A program made the position numbers and the translations under genes. Below, one piece after another: positions 32,474 to 42,392 of a stretch of 64,000 nt of DNA. The stretch covers positions 153,682 through 217,681 of the forward strand of contig LDXK01000001.1 of the NCBI GenBank assembly GCA_001443395.1. Reading direction: 5' to 3'. The notes below the pieces were generated by a model that had not been told where the DNA came from, did no database searches, and saw only the letters and a list, made by a program, of their open reading frames with translations. Every line of letters starts with the position of its first letter. Position 1 is the stretch's first letter. Source of the stretch: a candidate division WWE3 bacterium CSP1-7 (GTDB taxonomy: Bacteria > Patescibacteriota > WWE3 > 9FT-COMBO-53-11).

Positions 32474-33009
32474 AAAAAGACTGCTGCGAGGAACCAACAA
32501 AAGAAAAATCCCGCACCTTTAGGATCCCCCTCGCCGGATTGCTCATCGGCGCCTTTACCATTCTCACCCTGATAGGTGGATTCCTCCTGGCCACCGGTTC
32601 CGGACCGGCAAAGCTGGGAGGAGGAGACGGCCAGGTCTACACCGACCACACTTCTTTCGAGTGGGGCGAGATCAACATCAACGGCGGCAACGCCACTCAC
32701 GAATTTGCGATTGAGAACCGCGGCACCGGCGAGCTGGAGTTGGCCAACATCCTCACCTCCTGCGCCTGCACCAGCGCTCAAATTACGATTGAGGGGGTCG
32801 TTAGTCCTTACTTCGGAATGCATTCCACTTCTTCTTGGGTTGGAAAAGTGGCACCCGGAAAAACGGCGACCGTGTCGGTCATCTTTGACCCGCTCTTTCA
32901 CGGGCCGACTGCCACCGGACCGATCGAGAGGTTGATCTCGGTTAAAACCAACGATCCGAAAAATGAGAACATGGAGTTTAATCTCACCGGAAATGTCATT
33001 AAGAAATAG
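32470..33009 (+). CDS. DUF1573-like membrane-anchored protein with a CxC motif
   Basis: TM, then FEWGEININGGNATHEFAIENRGTGELELANILTSCACT.... Confidence 0.6.
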   Translation: MKKDCCEEPTKEKSRTFRIPLAGLLIGAFTILTLIGGFLLATGSGPAKLGGGDGQVYTDHTSFEWGEININGGNATHEFAIENRGTGELELANILTSCACTSAQITIEGVVSPYFGMHSTSSWVGKVAPGKTATVSVIFDPLFHGPTATGPIERLISVKTNDPKNENMEFNLTGNVIKK

Positions 33010-33937
33010 GCTTGGAAAAAAGCGCAAAATCCTCGCGGTGACACTCAAAAAATTCCTCCGCACCCCCTTACCGCTCTACCTGGCGCTCCTGCTGGCGATT
33101 AACGTGGGAATCCTTACTGCCGCCGGCGGTTATCTCCTCTTAACCCGCGGTTCTTCAACTCAAGATCCGGAAAATCTGGTTAAGGATCTCAAGGCGGAGG
33201 TCCTGCCGGCGGCAGGCTACATCACTTCAATCACCTGGGGAGACACCGGTAAAAAACTAATTGAGGTTGGCGCCATCGACGAGAAACAATACCAACAGCT
33301 CTTCAACTCCCCCACCAACGGCATGGATGAGTTAGACATTCTTAAGGGCGGGTCAACCAAACCGATCGGGATCAATGAAAATAATTCCCAATTCGTGGTT
33401 GATACCCTCTGGGCTTTCGGATTGACCCAAAAGAGCAAAGTGCTGGATGAGGGCCCGATGAAAAACAGCGGTACCGATCTGGGAAACTTCGCTTCCACCG
33501 GCGGGTGGACCTTGGGAAAAGAATCCGCCACCAAACTCTATAGCAGCCAAGAGCTGGTCCAGCTGAACGATTTCCAACAGGACCTGGTGAAGAAAATCGC
33601 CGAAAGCATCTACCGCCCTTGCTGCGACAACCCCACCTCTTTTCCCGACTGCAATCACGGAATGGCGGCGCTTGGTTTAATCGAATTGGAAGTCGCCGCG
33701 GGACTTTCGGAGGAACAGATCTATCGCGACGTCCTGGCTTTTAACTCTTTCTGGTTCCCTCAAACCTACTTGGAGATTGCGGTCTACTTTAGCCAACAGG
33801 GCAAGGGATGGGGCGAGCTTGACCCCAAAACGATTCTCGGCTCCGAATACTCCTCTGCTTCCGGTTCGGCGGTGATCAGCAGCCAAGTTAAGGACGTCCC
33901 TGGCCTGGACTCCGGCGGTGGCAGCTGCGGCGTATGA
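32993..33937 (+). CDS. Membrane-anchored Cys-rich hypothetical protein
   Basis: TM (LPLYLALLLAINVGILTAAGGYLLL). The ectodomain carries YRPCCDNPTSFPDCNHGMAALG. The ATG at 32993 was chosen. Confidence 0.5.
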   Translation: MSLRNRLGKKRKILAVTLKKFLRTPLPLYLALLLAINVGILTAAGGYLLLTRGSSTQDPENLVKDLKAEVLPAAGYITSITWGDTGKKLIEVGAIDEKQYQQLFNSPTNGMDELDILKGGSTKPIGINENNSQFVVDTLWAFGLTQKSKVLDEGPMKNSGTDLGNFASTGGWTLGKESATKLYSSQELVQLNDFQQDLVKKIAESIYRPCCDNPTSFPDCNHGMAALGLIELEVAAGLSEEQIYRDVLAFNSFWFPQTYLEIAVYFSQQGKGWGELDPKTILGSEYSSASGSAVISSQVKDVPGLDSGGGSCGV

Positions 33938-34782
33938 ACGAAACCATCATCTACGCCTCGCTCATCAGCGCTTTTATCGCTGGGATGATCGCACTCTTTG
34001 CCCCCTGCTGTGTGACTTATCTTTTACCGGCCTATCTGGGAAACATCTTCCGCGAACGAAAGAAGGTGCTCCTGATGACTTTTGTTTTTTCGCTCGGGAT
34101 TTTCGTGGTGCTTCTCCCCGCAGTCTTGGGGGTTCAGGCGCTCTCCGTCTTTGTTTTTCGCTATCACGACCAGATCTATCTGACTGGGGGGTTGCTGATG
34201 ATCCTATTCGGGGTGTTGGCGTTCCTAGGGATCAAGCTACCGATGCCGCGCTTGAGCCAACCCAACATTGAACAGCCGGATTTCGCTTCCATCTTCACTC
34301 TGGGAGTTGTCTCCGGAATTACGAGCGCCTGCTGCGCCCCGGTTCTCGCCGGGGTTCTCACTCTCAGTTTCCTCGCTCCTTCATTCTGGTTGGCAATCTT
34401 AATCGGGGCTTTCTATGTCCTGGGGATGGTCTTCCCGCTCTATGTGATGTCCTATTTCATTGATAGCAAGAGGGTGCTCAACGGGAACTGGCTCAAGAAA
34501 CCAATTATGCAGTTGGAACTCGGCGGGAAAAATTTCCCGATCCTGCGAAGCAACTTGATCTCTTCATTAATTTTCCTGGTAATGGGTACTCTCGTCATTT
34601 ACCTGACGCTCGCCACCGATTTCTCAATGGCGGAGAGCGCTCAAAAGCTCACCGCGCTTGTCTCCCAGCTCCAGCAGACCATGGGACAAATTCCTTACAT
34701 CAATGTGCTGTTCGGAGCCGCGGTGCTTGCCATTTTTGGGTTTCTCTGGTACCAAACCTTCCGCGGCAAGAACGATCGATAG
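33934..34782 (+). CDS. CcdA/DsbD-family thiol:disulfide electron-transfer membrane protein
   Basis: About 6-8 TM with two intramembrane Cys pairs (LFAPCCVTYLLP and ITSACCAPVLAG). Confidence 0.65.
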   Translation: MNETIIYASLISAFIAGMIALFAPCCVTYLLPAYLGNIFRERKKVLLMTFVFSLGIFVVLLPAVLGVQALSVFVFRYHDQIYLTGGLLMILFGVLAFLGIKLPMPRLSQPNIEQPDFASIFTLGVVSGITSACCAPVLAGVLTLSFLAPSFWLAILIGAFYVLGMVFPLYVMSYFIDSKRVLNGNWLKKPIMQLELGGKNFPILRSNLISSLIFLVMGTLVIYLTLATDFSMAESAQKLTALVSQLQQTMGQIPYINVLFGAAVLAIFGFLWYQTFRGKNDR

Positions 34783-34825
34783 AGTTCTTGCTCCAAAGAA
34801 CCCGATTGTGCTAGCCTGACCTCTA

Positions 34826-35584
34826 ATGAAAAGATTGATCGGCGTCTCTGCCATCCTCACCGTCCTCCTGTTCTGGGGATCGGTGGTTCTCGCCCAGCCC
34901 GGAAAGGATTTCAGGCTCCCCTCTTCGGCCGTTAAAATCTCCGATGGCCTTTACTATCTCGGCCGCAGTGTTAGCGGCGCCCAGGGGTATGCGATTCTTC
35001 GCTACGCTACCGGATTTGCCAAGCCTGGAGGAAGCGGAGCCGCCCGCGCCCCCAAGTGCTACGGCTTCCTTTCCAAGGGGGCCCGCTGGAAAAACACCGA
35101 GCACTACGTCACCGACATCAACGATCCAGCCACGGAGAATTCGCTGGAAACCTGGGATTCTCGAGTCTCTTTTGACGTCTTTGGTTCACGGGATCCTTCC
35201 GGGTTAGTGGACGGGACCGACACCGCCGCCCCCGACGACAAAAACGAGCTCTACTTCGGCCAGATTGAAGAATCGGGGGTTATCGGCGTCACCACCGTCT
35301 GGGGATACTTCTACGGTCCCACCTTCGCCCGCGAGTTGATCGAATGGGACATGGTCCTGGACAACACGGATTTCGACTGGAGCTTTACCGCAACACCCGA
35401 CCCCACCAAGATGGACTACCAGAACATCCTCACCCACGAGCTGGGGCACGCCGCCGGGTTGAACGACCAATACGACACGACCTGTTCCGAAGCAACCATG
35501 TACGGTTATGGAACCGAGGGTGAAACCAAGAAGCGCGACCTCGCCGCCCCCGATATCACCGGCATCCAAGAACTTTACCGGTAG
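34826..35584 (+). CDS. Secreted matrixin-like zinc metalloprotease
   Basis: Signal peptide, HELGHAAGLND zinc motif, and a downstream Met-turn region (ATMYGY). Confidence 0.7.
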   Translation: MKRLIGVSAILTVLLFWGSVVLAQPGKDFRLPSSAVKISDGLYYLGRSVSGAQGYAILRYATGFAKPGGSGAARAPKCYGFLSKGARWKNTEHYVTDINDPATENSLETWDSRVSFDVFGSRDPSGLVDGTDTAAPDDKNELYFGQIEESGVIGVTTVWGYFYGPTFARELIEWDMVLDNTDFDWSFTATPDPTKMDYQNILTHELGHAAGLNDQYDTTCSEATMYGYGTEGETKKRDLAAPDITGIQELYR

Positions 35585-38427
35585 CGGTCCGCTTCCGAAA
35601 ACTCGCAGATCTGGTTAAAAGGGCACCAGACGCATTGGGGCCCGGGAGTTGCTTCGAAATCACCGCGAGAGATCTTCCGGATCCGTTCCTCAATCTCGGC
35701 CGTTCTTTTCTCAATCTCCTTCTCGCTAAAATTGGCTTCTATCAATTTTCCACCGTCCAAATAAAACAGCGCCACCGACTTGGGAGTAATTCCGAGCGCC
35801 TCTTTCGCCGCCAGGGTGTAGAGGAAAAGCTGGTCATCCTTCTGCGCCTTTTTGAGAAGGTCCCCTTCTTCCTTCTGGGAGGTTTCTCCGCCCTTAAAGT
35901 CGATCAGTTCGAACTCGCCCTTGGCATTTTTGCCAATTCGGTCGATCCGCCCCGCCAGCGTTTTTCCTCCCAGCTTGATCTCAAATCCCTTCTCCACCAT
36001 AAAGGGCGGAAACAGCTTTTGTTGATGTTTCTGGTAGAAATCAGTTAGTAGCTTCTGGCCTCGCTGGAAGTAAGCTTCTTTTTCCTTCCGTTCGCGGTAG
36101 CCTCCGCTGAGAAAATGCTCCCGGTACATTTTCAAGAATTGGCCCAAGGAAACTGCTTCTCCATTGATCCGCCGCATCTCGAACTCCCGCAGAGTCTCAT
36201 GTAGGGAAATACCGAAACTCGTGGGAGGGGTGGGCGGAGCCGGCAGCCGCAACACGTATTTGTAGCGATATCGCCACGGACAGGTCTCGTAGTCGCTGAG
36301 TTGGGAGTAAGAAAGCTTTTCGGGAATCAGGAGCTTGAGATCCGGCTCCCTCTTGGCGGATTCCCTGACCGCGGGGATCTCTGCCTGAATTCCGGCCACC
36401 CGTTCGATTCCACTCAGGGCGGGGACTTCCACTCCCAATTCCAGGATAAAGGGTGAGGGCCGCTTCTCTTGGACGCCGCCGTAGCTCTTGGCGTAGGAAA
36501 GAAAAAGCCGCTCCGAAGCCCGGGTGGCACCCACGTAAAAGAGGCGCCGCTCCTCCTGCTGATGCCCCGCCTTCGCCAGGGCTTCGACGGGCAAGTCCTT
36601 TCGGCTCCGACTGAGATATCTAAACTCTTTGACGAAGTGTTCGGGAAGTTCCAGGGCGACAGAGCGTTGGCGAGTCGGGAAACGGTCGGCCGTGAGCGAA
36701 ACCATAAAAACCACCGAAAACTCCAAACCCTTAGCGGCGTGGGTCGTCATCAAATTGATCGTGTCCACATCCTCGATCACCGCCTGTGCCGGCGATTCCC
36801 CCGCTTCGATCAAAAGATCCAGATAGTCCACCAGCTCAGGGACATTGGGCTCCTTAACCTCCGTCTCAAACTGCTGAATTTTTTGGAAGAATAGGGCAAT
36901 GTTTTCAATCTTGAGCTGGTTTTCGAGGGTGGGCGGTTCTTCCAGGTTCTTGATGTAGCCGCTCTTTCGCACGAAATCAAAAAGGAGGTGCGAGGGGGAA
37001 ACTTTAAACGCATCCTTCGCCAAATCGCGAATTACGTCCAGGGCTTTGATTTTCTCGCGCGTTAAGATCTCAACAAACGGGGTACTTTCTTTTTGAGAGG
37101 TTGCCAAAAGTTGGAGGGTTCGTTCGGGCGAGATTTTGAAGGCCGGAATGTTTAAAACCTTGTACCACGAGATGTTGTCGGCGGGATCTTTGATCACGCG
37201 CAGGACCGCCAAAAGAGCGGCCACCTCCTCTTGCTCAAAGAGCCCGCGATTACCGACGATTTGGAAAGGAAGTTCGTGCCTCTTGAGCGCCGCCACAAAC
37301 GGGTCGAGATGGGCGTTGGCGCGCGCTAAAATCGCAAAATCGGAGAAGTTTTTTCCCTCGGTGTTCACCAACTCCACAATTTTTCTCAAAACTAACTCGG
37401 TTTCCTCTTCCGCCGATCTCGCGTATAGTAAAACGGGGTCGGGTCCGGTCTTGAGAGTTTTGAGATTTTTTGAGATATTTTTGAGACTTACTTCCAGACG
37501 ATCGGGGTTGTTGTTCTTTATCATCTGGTGCGATTTTTGCGCCAGTGTATCGGTAAGACGATAGGATGTGTTGAGAACCGATGTTCGGCAATCGGGGTAG
37601 GCTTTCTTGAACTCCAGGATGTTGGAAACGCTCGCTCCGCGCCACTTGTAGATCGCCTGGTCATCGTCGCCCACGACGGTCAAGTTACTTAGGTTACTTG
37701 AGTTACTTTTGTTACGAGATGGGACAAGAAGTTTGATGAGGGAGAACTGGGCGGAGTTGGTGTCTTGGAACTCATCCACGAAAATGTGAGTGAACTGATC
37801 TCGGTAGCGCTTGAGGATGCTCGGCCTATCATTGAATAATTTTATTGTCCATATAATGAGGTCGCCAAAATCCAAGTAAGAGTTCTTTAAAAGCAGTCTC
37901 TGGAACGCTTCATAGACTCGAGCAAGCTCAACCTGCTTTCGCATTTCTTCTTTTTCCTCTTTACTGCTCGCTGTGTGCCTTAAGCCGTTCACCCACTGCA
38001 AATAATTTTGCGGTGTCACCTCTTCATCCTTGGCACGGGAGAAAAGATTGAGCAGAGCGCTCAAGAATTTGGTCGGATTTCCCAGCGGGCGGTAGTAATC
38101 AAGGGGAAGATCGTAGAGGTGTCGCCGCAGGAGCAACCAGGCTTCCGGTTCGGAAAGGATTTTGTAAGCCGGGTCCATTCCAATCTCCAAACCTTCCTGG
38201 CGGAGAACCCGATCGCAGAAAGAGTGGAAGGTGGAAACCCATGGCGGTTCATAACCAAGCGGCATCGCCTCATCCAATCGTCCCAGCATCTCTTGGGACG
38301 CTTTATCGGTAAAAGTTAAAGCCAGAATACGAGAGGGATCGATCCCCTTCTCCAAGAGCCGGCGGATCTCGCTGGTGATGAAGGTAGTTTTTCCTGTCCC
38401 CGGTCCGGCAACGACAAGTCTAATCAT
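35575..38427 (-). CDS. UvrD-type helicase fused to a C-terminal PD-(D/E)XK (Cas4/AddB-like, 4-Cys) nuclease
   Basis: VAGPGTGKTTF, VDEFQDTN, TTHAAKGLEFSVVF, VGATRA. The C-terminus has CPWRYRYKY...D..IDFK...CVWCPFNQIC. Confidence 0.8.
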   Translation of the reverse strand: MIRLVVAGPGTGKTTFITSEIRRLLEKGIDPSRILALTFTDKASQEMLGRLDEAMPLGYEPPWVSTFHSFCDRVLRQEGLEIGMDPAYKILSEPEAWLLLRRHLYDLPLDYYRPLGNPTKFLSALLNLFSRAKDEEVTPQNYLQWVNGLRHTASSKEEKEEMRKQVELARVYEAFQRLLLKNSYLDFGDLIIWTIKLFNDRPSILKRYRDQFTHIFVDEFQDTNSAQFSLIKLLVPSRNKSNSSNLSNLTVVGDDDQAIYKWRGASVSNILEFKKAYPDCRTSVLNTSYRLTDTLAQKSHQMIKNNNPDRLEVSLKNISKNLKTLKTGPDPVLLYARSAEEETELVLRKIVELVNTEGKNFSDFAILARANAHLDPFVAALKRHELPFQIVGNRGLFEQEEVAALLAVLRVIKDPADNISWYKVLNIPAFKISPERTLQLLATSQKESTPFVEILTREKIKALDVIRDLAKDAFKVSPSHLLFDFVRKSGYIKNLEEPPTLENQLKIENIALFFQKIQQFETEVKEPNVPELVDYLDLLIEAGESPAQAVIEDVDTINLMTTHAAKGLEFSVVFMVSLTADRFPTRQRSVALELPEHFVKEFRYLSRSRKDLPVEALAKAGHQQEERRLFYVGATRASERLFLSYAKSYGGVQEKRPSPFILELGVEVPALSGIERVAGIQAEIPAVRESAKREPDLKLLIPEKLSYSQLSDYETCPWRYRYKYVLRLPAPPTPPTSFGISLHETLREFEMRRINGEAVSLGQFLKMYREHFLSGGYRERKEKEAYFQRGQKLLTDFYQKHQQKLFPPFMVEKGFEIKLGGKTLAGRIDRIGKNAKGEFELIDFKGGETSQKEEGDLLKKAQKDDQLFLYTLAAKEALGITPKSVALFYLDGGKLIEANFSEKEIEKRTAEIEERIRKISRGDFEATPGPQCVWCPFNQICEFSEADRYR

Positions 38428-39371
38428 TCAATCTTCAAAACCGATACTTCCCGCGGTTCTTGCTCGAAAGAGGCGAACTTCAGGGCCACTATGATCCGAT
38501 AGACCAGGGCAAAAAAGCCGACGGAGGTCCAAGAAAAGACCGGGGTCAAGAAGAGAAGCGAGAGCGCCACTCCAACCGTGGTTGCGAGGGGAAGGAAAGG
38601 AATGTAGGGCTCAAGCATGTCTTCCAGATCACTGGTGAGTTGGGCAGTGAGGGGCTGGCGCAAACTCTCGGCGAGCTTCTTGGGCGTGGAGATATCCTGC
38701 GGATTTAGCAAAATCCCATACTGCCGCTCCAGAATTTCGAGCACGCCGCTCTTCTCCAGCTCGGTGAGAAACTGCTGTTCGGTGAATTGTTCGTTCCCCA
38801 GCTGACTTTGAACTTGATTGATCACCTGATTGACCACCAGATTCAAGGCCGGTGCCAGAACTCCCTCCGGAATATTGAAGCGCGTTGGGAGTGGAAGCTG
38901 GGAAGAAAAATAGACCAGAATCCCAACGGAGAAAACAAAAATCTGGAAAAAACGACCAAAGGAGTTAGGAAACATCCGCGCCAGGAAAATCGAATGAGTT
39001 GCCACGGTTCTCTTCGCCGTATAGTCCAAGATCAGTAAAGCCGCCGCATAGACCAGCGACACCAGGAAAACAAACTCGAGAGGAATATCTACCGGGATGG
39101 GAGGGAGGAGAAACGGGATGCCAAAAGCGAACGCGCCGGCCACCACCGCTGCCATCCGGACGGTCGTCTTGGTCGTGAGAGCAAGAACTACAAAGAAAGA
39201 GCTGGAGAGGAAGAACGCCAGAAACAACGGCACCAAACGCACTCCAAGAGAAGATGCTAACCCCGGACCTCTGGCGAAAATTGCCGCTAAGGAAAATCCC
39301 AACCCAAGACTTCCCAAAATCACCAGCAACAGGAGAAAGGCAATTCTAATGCGGACGGGAATTTTATCCAT
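38424..39371 (-). CDS. Polytopic membrane hypothetical protein
   Basis: 315 aa with about 8 hydrophobic helices. ATGA-type overlap with the downstream helicase gene. Confidence 0.55.
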   Translation of the reverse strand: MDKIPVRIRIAFLLLLVILGSLGLGFSLAAIFARGPGLASSLGVRLVPLFLAFFLSSSFFVVLALTTKTTVRMAAVVAGAFAFGIPFLLPPIPVDIPLEFVFLVSLVYAAALLILDYTAKRTVATHSIFLARMFPNSFGRFFQIFVFSVGILVYFSSQLPLPTRFNIPEGVLAPALNLVVNQVINQVQSQLGNEQFTEQQFLTELEKSGVLEILERQYGILLNPQDISTPKKLAESLRQPLTAQLTSDLEDMLEPYIPFLPLATTVGVALSLLFLTPVFSWTSVGFFALVYRIIVALKFASFEQEPREVSVLKIE

Positions 39372-40294
39372 TACTTCTTCGGCTTCGCCTCCAGATCCTT
39401 AAGTTGATTCAGCTTGCCCAGAAGGGTCGAGAAAGAATTTAGCAAGCGGTCCATATTCGCCTTAGCATCTGAGAGTTGGGAAGAGGCCCGCCGCAGAAGT
39501 TCGTCAAAATCAAGGGCGTCTTTGGCGACCGCGTGCAGCATTTTTAAAATGTCCTCGGCCTGGTCGGCGAAACGTTCTCGTTGCAATCCCAAAAGGATCG
39601 ATTGAATCGTCACCAAGAAGGTCTGGGGAGAGGTGAAGAAAACGCGCTTCTCCAGGGTATAGCGCATCAGCTCCCCATCCGAAACAACCTCTTGAAAGAT
39701 CGGTTCGAAAGGGATGTACATCAGCGCAAAAGGAACCGTTCCCTCCTGCGGCAGGATGTAGCCGGCGGTTTCGTCCATTTTCTGTTTCACATTTCTAACA
39801 AATGTCTTCCAGATACTCGCCCTCGCCGCCTCATCCTTTTCGGCGGCGAATTTTTGGAAATCTTCGACCGGGAATTTGGAATCGACCGGAATTGAACCCT
39901 GGCGGGTTTTGATGAGGGCGTCCACTCGCGCTCCGGTCTGGAAAGTAAACTGCCGCTCATAGGCCGCCTGCGGCAAGACCTGATGAAGCAGGTCCTCCAA
40001 CACCATCTCCCCGACGTTGCCCCGCAGCTTTTGGGAACGGAGAGAAGCCTGAAACTCTTGAAGTTGGTTGGTAACCTCTTTTACGCCGCCAATCTCGGTC
40101 GTAACCGAGTGCAGGCGCTCGTCCAGGGAACGCAGACTCGCCCCAAGTTCACCCTTGTGCAGCTCCAATCGCTGCAAAATCTCCTCTCCGCGCAGAGAAG
40201 ATTCCAATTGGCGGAGGTGTTGGAACAGGAAAATTAGGACTCCCAAAACCGCCAGAACCAGAAAAACAATTAAAACAGTCAGGAAAATCTCCAC
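39371..40294 (-). CDS. rmuC: DNA recombination protein RmuC
   Basis: N-terminal TM plus coiled-coil, and C-terminal VDSKFPVEDF...FALMYIPFEPIF, typical of RmuC. Confidence 0.8.
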   Translation of the reverse strand: MEIFLTVLIVFLVLAVLGVLIFLFQHLRQLESSLRGEEILQRLELHKGELGASLRSLDERLHSVTTEIGGVKEVTNQLQEFQASLRSQKLRGNVGEMVLEDLLHQVLPQAAYERQFTFQTGARVDALIKTRQGSIPVDSKFPVEDFQKFAAEKDEAARASIWKTFVRNVKQKMDETAGYILPQEGTVPFALMYIPFEPIFQEVVSDGELMRYTLEKRVFFTSPQTFLVTIQSILLGLQRERFADQAEDILKMLHAVAKDALDFDELLRRASSQLSDAKANMDRLLNSFSTLLGKLNQLKDLEAKPKK

Positions 40295-40339
40295 AACCCG
40301 AGTTTATCAGAACAGGACGAGATACAGGAACGTACTTTC

Positions 40340-40501
40340 TCAAAAAATCAAAAAGTAGGCGGAAACGAGGATTCCACCCAATATTGAGCCAACAATAATC
40401 GCGAAGGTGAGCTGGACCCAACTGGAGTGGGGATGGTAAGAAAAGCGCGGAACTAACATATCAACGTAGAAGGGCAACTTGTGATCGAAGCGGTCTTCCA
40501 T
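40340..40501 (-). CDS. Possible small tail-anchored membrane protein (53 aa)
   Basis: MEDRFDHKLPFYVDMLVPRFSYHPHSSWVQLTFAIIVGSILGGILVSAYFLIF. There is no obvious SD. The longer ORF-track version overlaps the divergent gene's start. Confidence 0.25.
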   Translation of the reverse strand: MEDRFDHKLPFYVDMLVPRFSYHPHSSWVQLTFAIIVGSILGGILVSAYFLIF

Positions 40502-40532
40502 CCTAGAAACAGGGTAACATAAAGGAAGGAAA

Positions 40533-40928
40533 ATGCGCAAAACATTATCCAGAAGGAAAATAAATCGCGACACGTCCCCTAAGATAATCTATCTGATCGG
40601 ATTTTTGGCCTACGCGGCCTGGGGCGCTTGGGCCTATCTTCTCTTCAATCGAGATCCGAACGAACTCGCCAATCGAATCTTTTTTGTCCTAGCCATCGCG
40701 GCGGCGTTCTTCTTCACGGCGCTGTTCCTCTTCTATCAGATGGGAAAAATCACGACCGGAAAGGCAGCGGAGGTAGTTTTTTACCCGGCCGCTCGGCGGG
40801 CTCTCTTCATCAGCCTTTTCTTTCTTGCAACCGCTTTAATGCGGCTGATCGGGATCTTCAGTTGGATGAATGCCGGGCTCCTGGCACTGATCCTGATTCT
40901 GACGGAAATCTGGAAATCGACCCGGTAG
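40533..40928 (+). CDS. Small 4-TM membrane protein
   Basis: 131 aa. An AAGGAAGGA SD precedes the ATG. Confidence 0.55.
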   Translation: MRKTLSRRKINRDTSPKIIYLIGFLAYAAWGAWAYLLFNRDPNELANRIFFVLAIAAAFFFTALFLFYQMGKITTGKAAEVVFYPAARRALFISLFFLATALMRLIGIFSWMNAGLLALILILTEIWKSTR

Positions 40929-40956
40929 ATTTGGAGAGAAAGGATATCATTAGTTT

Positions 40957-42372
40957 ATGCCGAAAAATCGTTTTTACGTGACAACCGCTATACCGTACGT
41001 CAACGCCGCTCCTCACATCGGTTTTGCCCTCGAAATCGTCCAGGCGGATGTTCTCGCCCGCTATCATCGGTTGATCGGTGACGACACCTTTTTCCTAACC
41101 GGAACCGACGAGAACGCTCTTAAAAACGTCCAGTCGGCTGAAAAAGCCGGCGTGCCGGTTAAGGAGTTTGTAGATGATAATTCCCAAAGGTTCGAAGACC
41201 TCAAGGGGGCGCTTAATATCTCTTTCGACGACTTTATTCGCACGACCGAGGAACGGCACGTTAAAGGTGCGCAGAAACTCTGGCAGGCTTGCGACCCGGA
41301 CGACATCTATCAGAAAAAGTATCGGGGTCTGTACTGCGTGGGATGTGAACAGTTCTATACCGAAAAAGAGCTAGTTGACGGCAAATGCCCGGAGCACGGT
41401 ACCGTTCCGGAAACCGTTGAAGAAGAGAATTATTTCTTTAAACTTTCCAAATACCAAAAACAGTTGGAGAAACTGATCGAATCAGATGAACTCAAGATTG
41501 TCCCCGAATCGCGCAAGAACGAAGTCCTTTCCTTCATTAAGAGTGGTCTTGAGGACTTTTCGATCTCTCGTTTCAAGGCCCGGGCGAAAGGTTGGGGCAT
41601 TCCCGTTCCCGGCGATGAGAACCAAGTAATTTACGTTTGGTTCGACGCCCTTTCCAATTACATTAACGCTCTAGATTACGCCGATGACGGCGAAAAATTT
41701 AAGAAGTACTGGCTAGAAAATCCCAACCGCACCCATGTGATCGGAAAGGGAATCCTGCGATTCCACGCCGTTTACTGGCCGGCGATGCTCCTCTCCGCCG
41801 GTCTTCCCCTTCCAACCGAAATCTTCGTCCACGGCTATCTCACTGTCGAAGGCCAAAAAATTAGCAAATCGCTGGGGAACGTAATCGATCCATTCGAGCT
41901 CGTCGAGAAATACGGCGCCGATCCCTTGCGCTACTATCTTTTGGCAAAATTTTCGCCATTCGAGGACGGCGATTTTTCGGAAGCGAAGCTTAGAGAAACG
42001 TATAACTCCGATCTTGCAAACGGGCTGGGAAACCTCGTCTCCAGAATCGCCAAACTCGCGGAAGGGAAGGAAGTGTTTGGCCACTCGGTACTGGTAACTA
42101 AGGCTGGGGAATTTAAAGAGAACCACCGTTTCGACCAAGCGCTAGATATTTTGCGGTCAAAGATTTCGGAATTAGATAAGTATGTCAACGACCAAAGACC
42201 TTGGGAGAAGTCTGGAGACGCGTTGGAAAAAAATCTCGACCACTTGGTCTCCAGTCTCTTGAATCTAACCTTTGCCTTAGAGCCCTTCCTCCCCGAGACC
42301 GCGGAGAAGATTAGGAAGCAATTTTCCGGAAAAATTAAACCCGCCAGTCCCCTGTTTCCCCGCCTAAGGTAG
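40957..42372 (+). CDS. metG: Methionyl-tRNA synthetase (short form)
   Basis: TTAIPYVNAAPHIGF (HIGH), KISKSLGN (KMSKS), and a CxxC knuckle (CVGCEQF...CPEHG). Confidence 0.95.
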   Translation: MPKNRFYVTTAIPYVNAAPHIGFALEIVQADVLARYHRLIGDDTFFLTGTDENALKNVQSAEKAGVPVKEFVDDNSQRFEDLKGALNISFDDFIRTTEERHVKGAQKLWQACDPDDIYQKKYRGLYCVGCEQFYTEKELVDGKCPEHGTVPETVEEENYFFKLSKYQKQLEKLIESDELKIVPESRKNEVLSFIKSGLEDFSISRFKARAKGWGIPVPGDENQVIYVWFDALSNYINALDYADDGEKFKKYWLENPNRTHVIGKGILRFHAVYWPAMLLSAGLPLPTEIFVHGYLTVEGQKISKSLGNVIDPFELVEKYGADPLRYYLLAKFSPFEDGDFSEAKLRETYNSDLANGLGNLVSRIAKLAEGKEVFGHSVLVTKAGEFKENHRFDQALDILRSKISELDKYVNDQRPWEKSGDALEKNLDHLVSSLLNLTFALEPFLPETAEKIRKQFSGKIKPASPLFPRLR

Positions 42373-42392
42373 AATAGGTAGCGAAAACCAAA

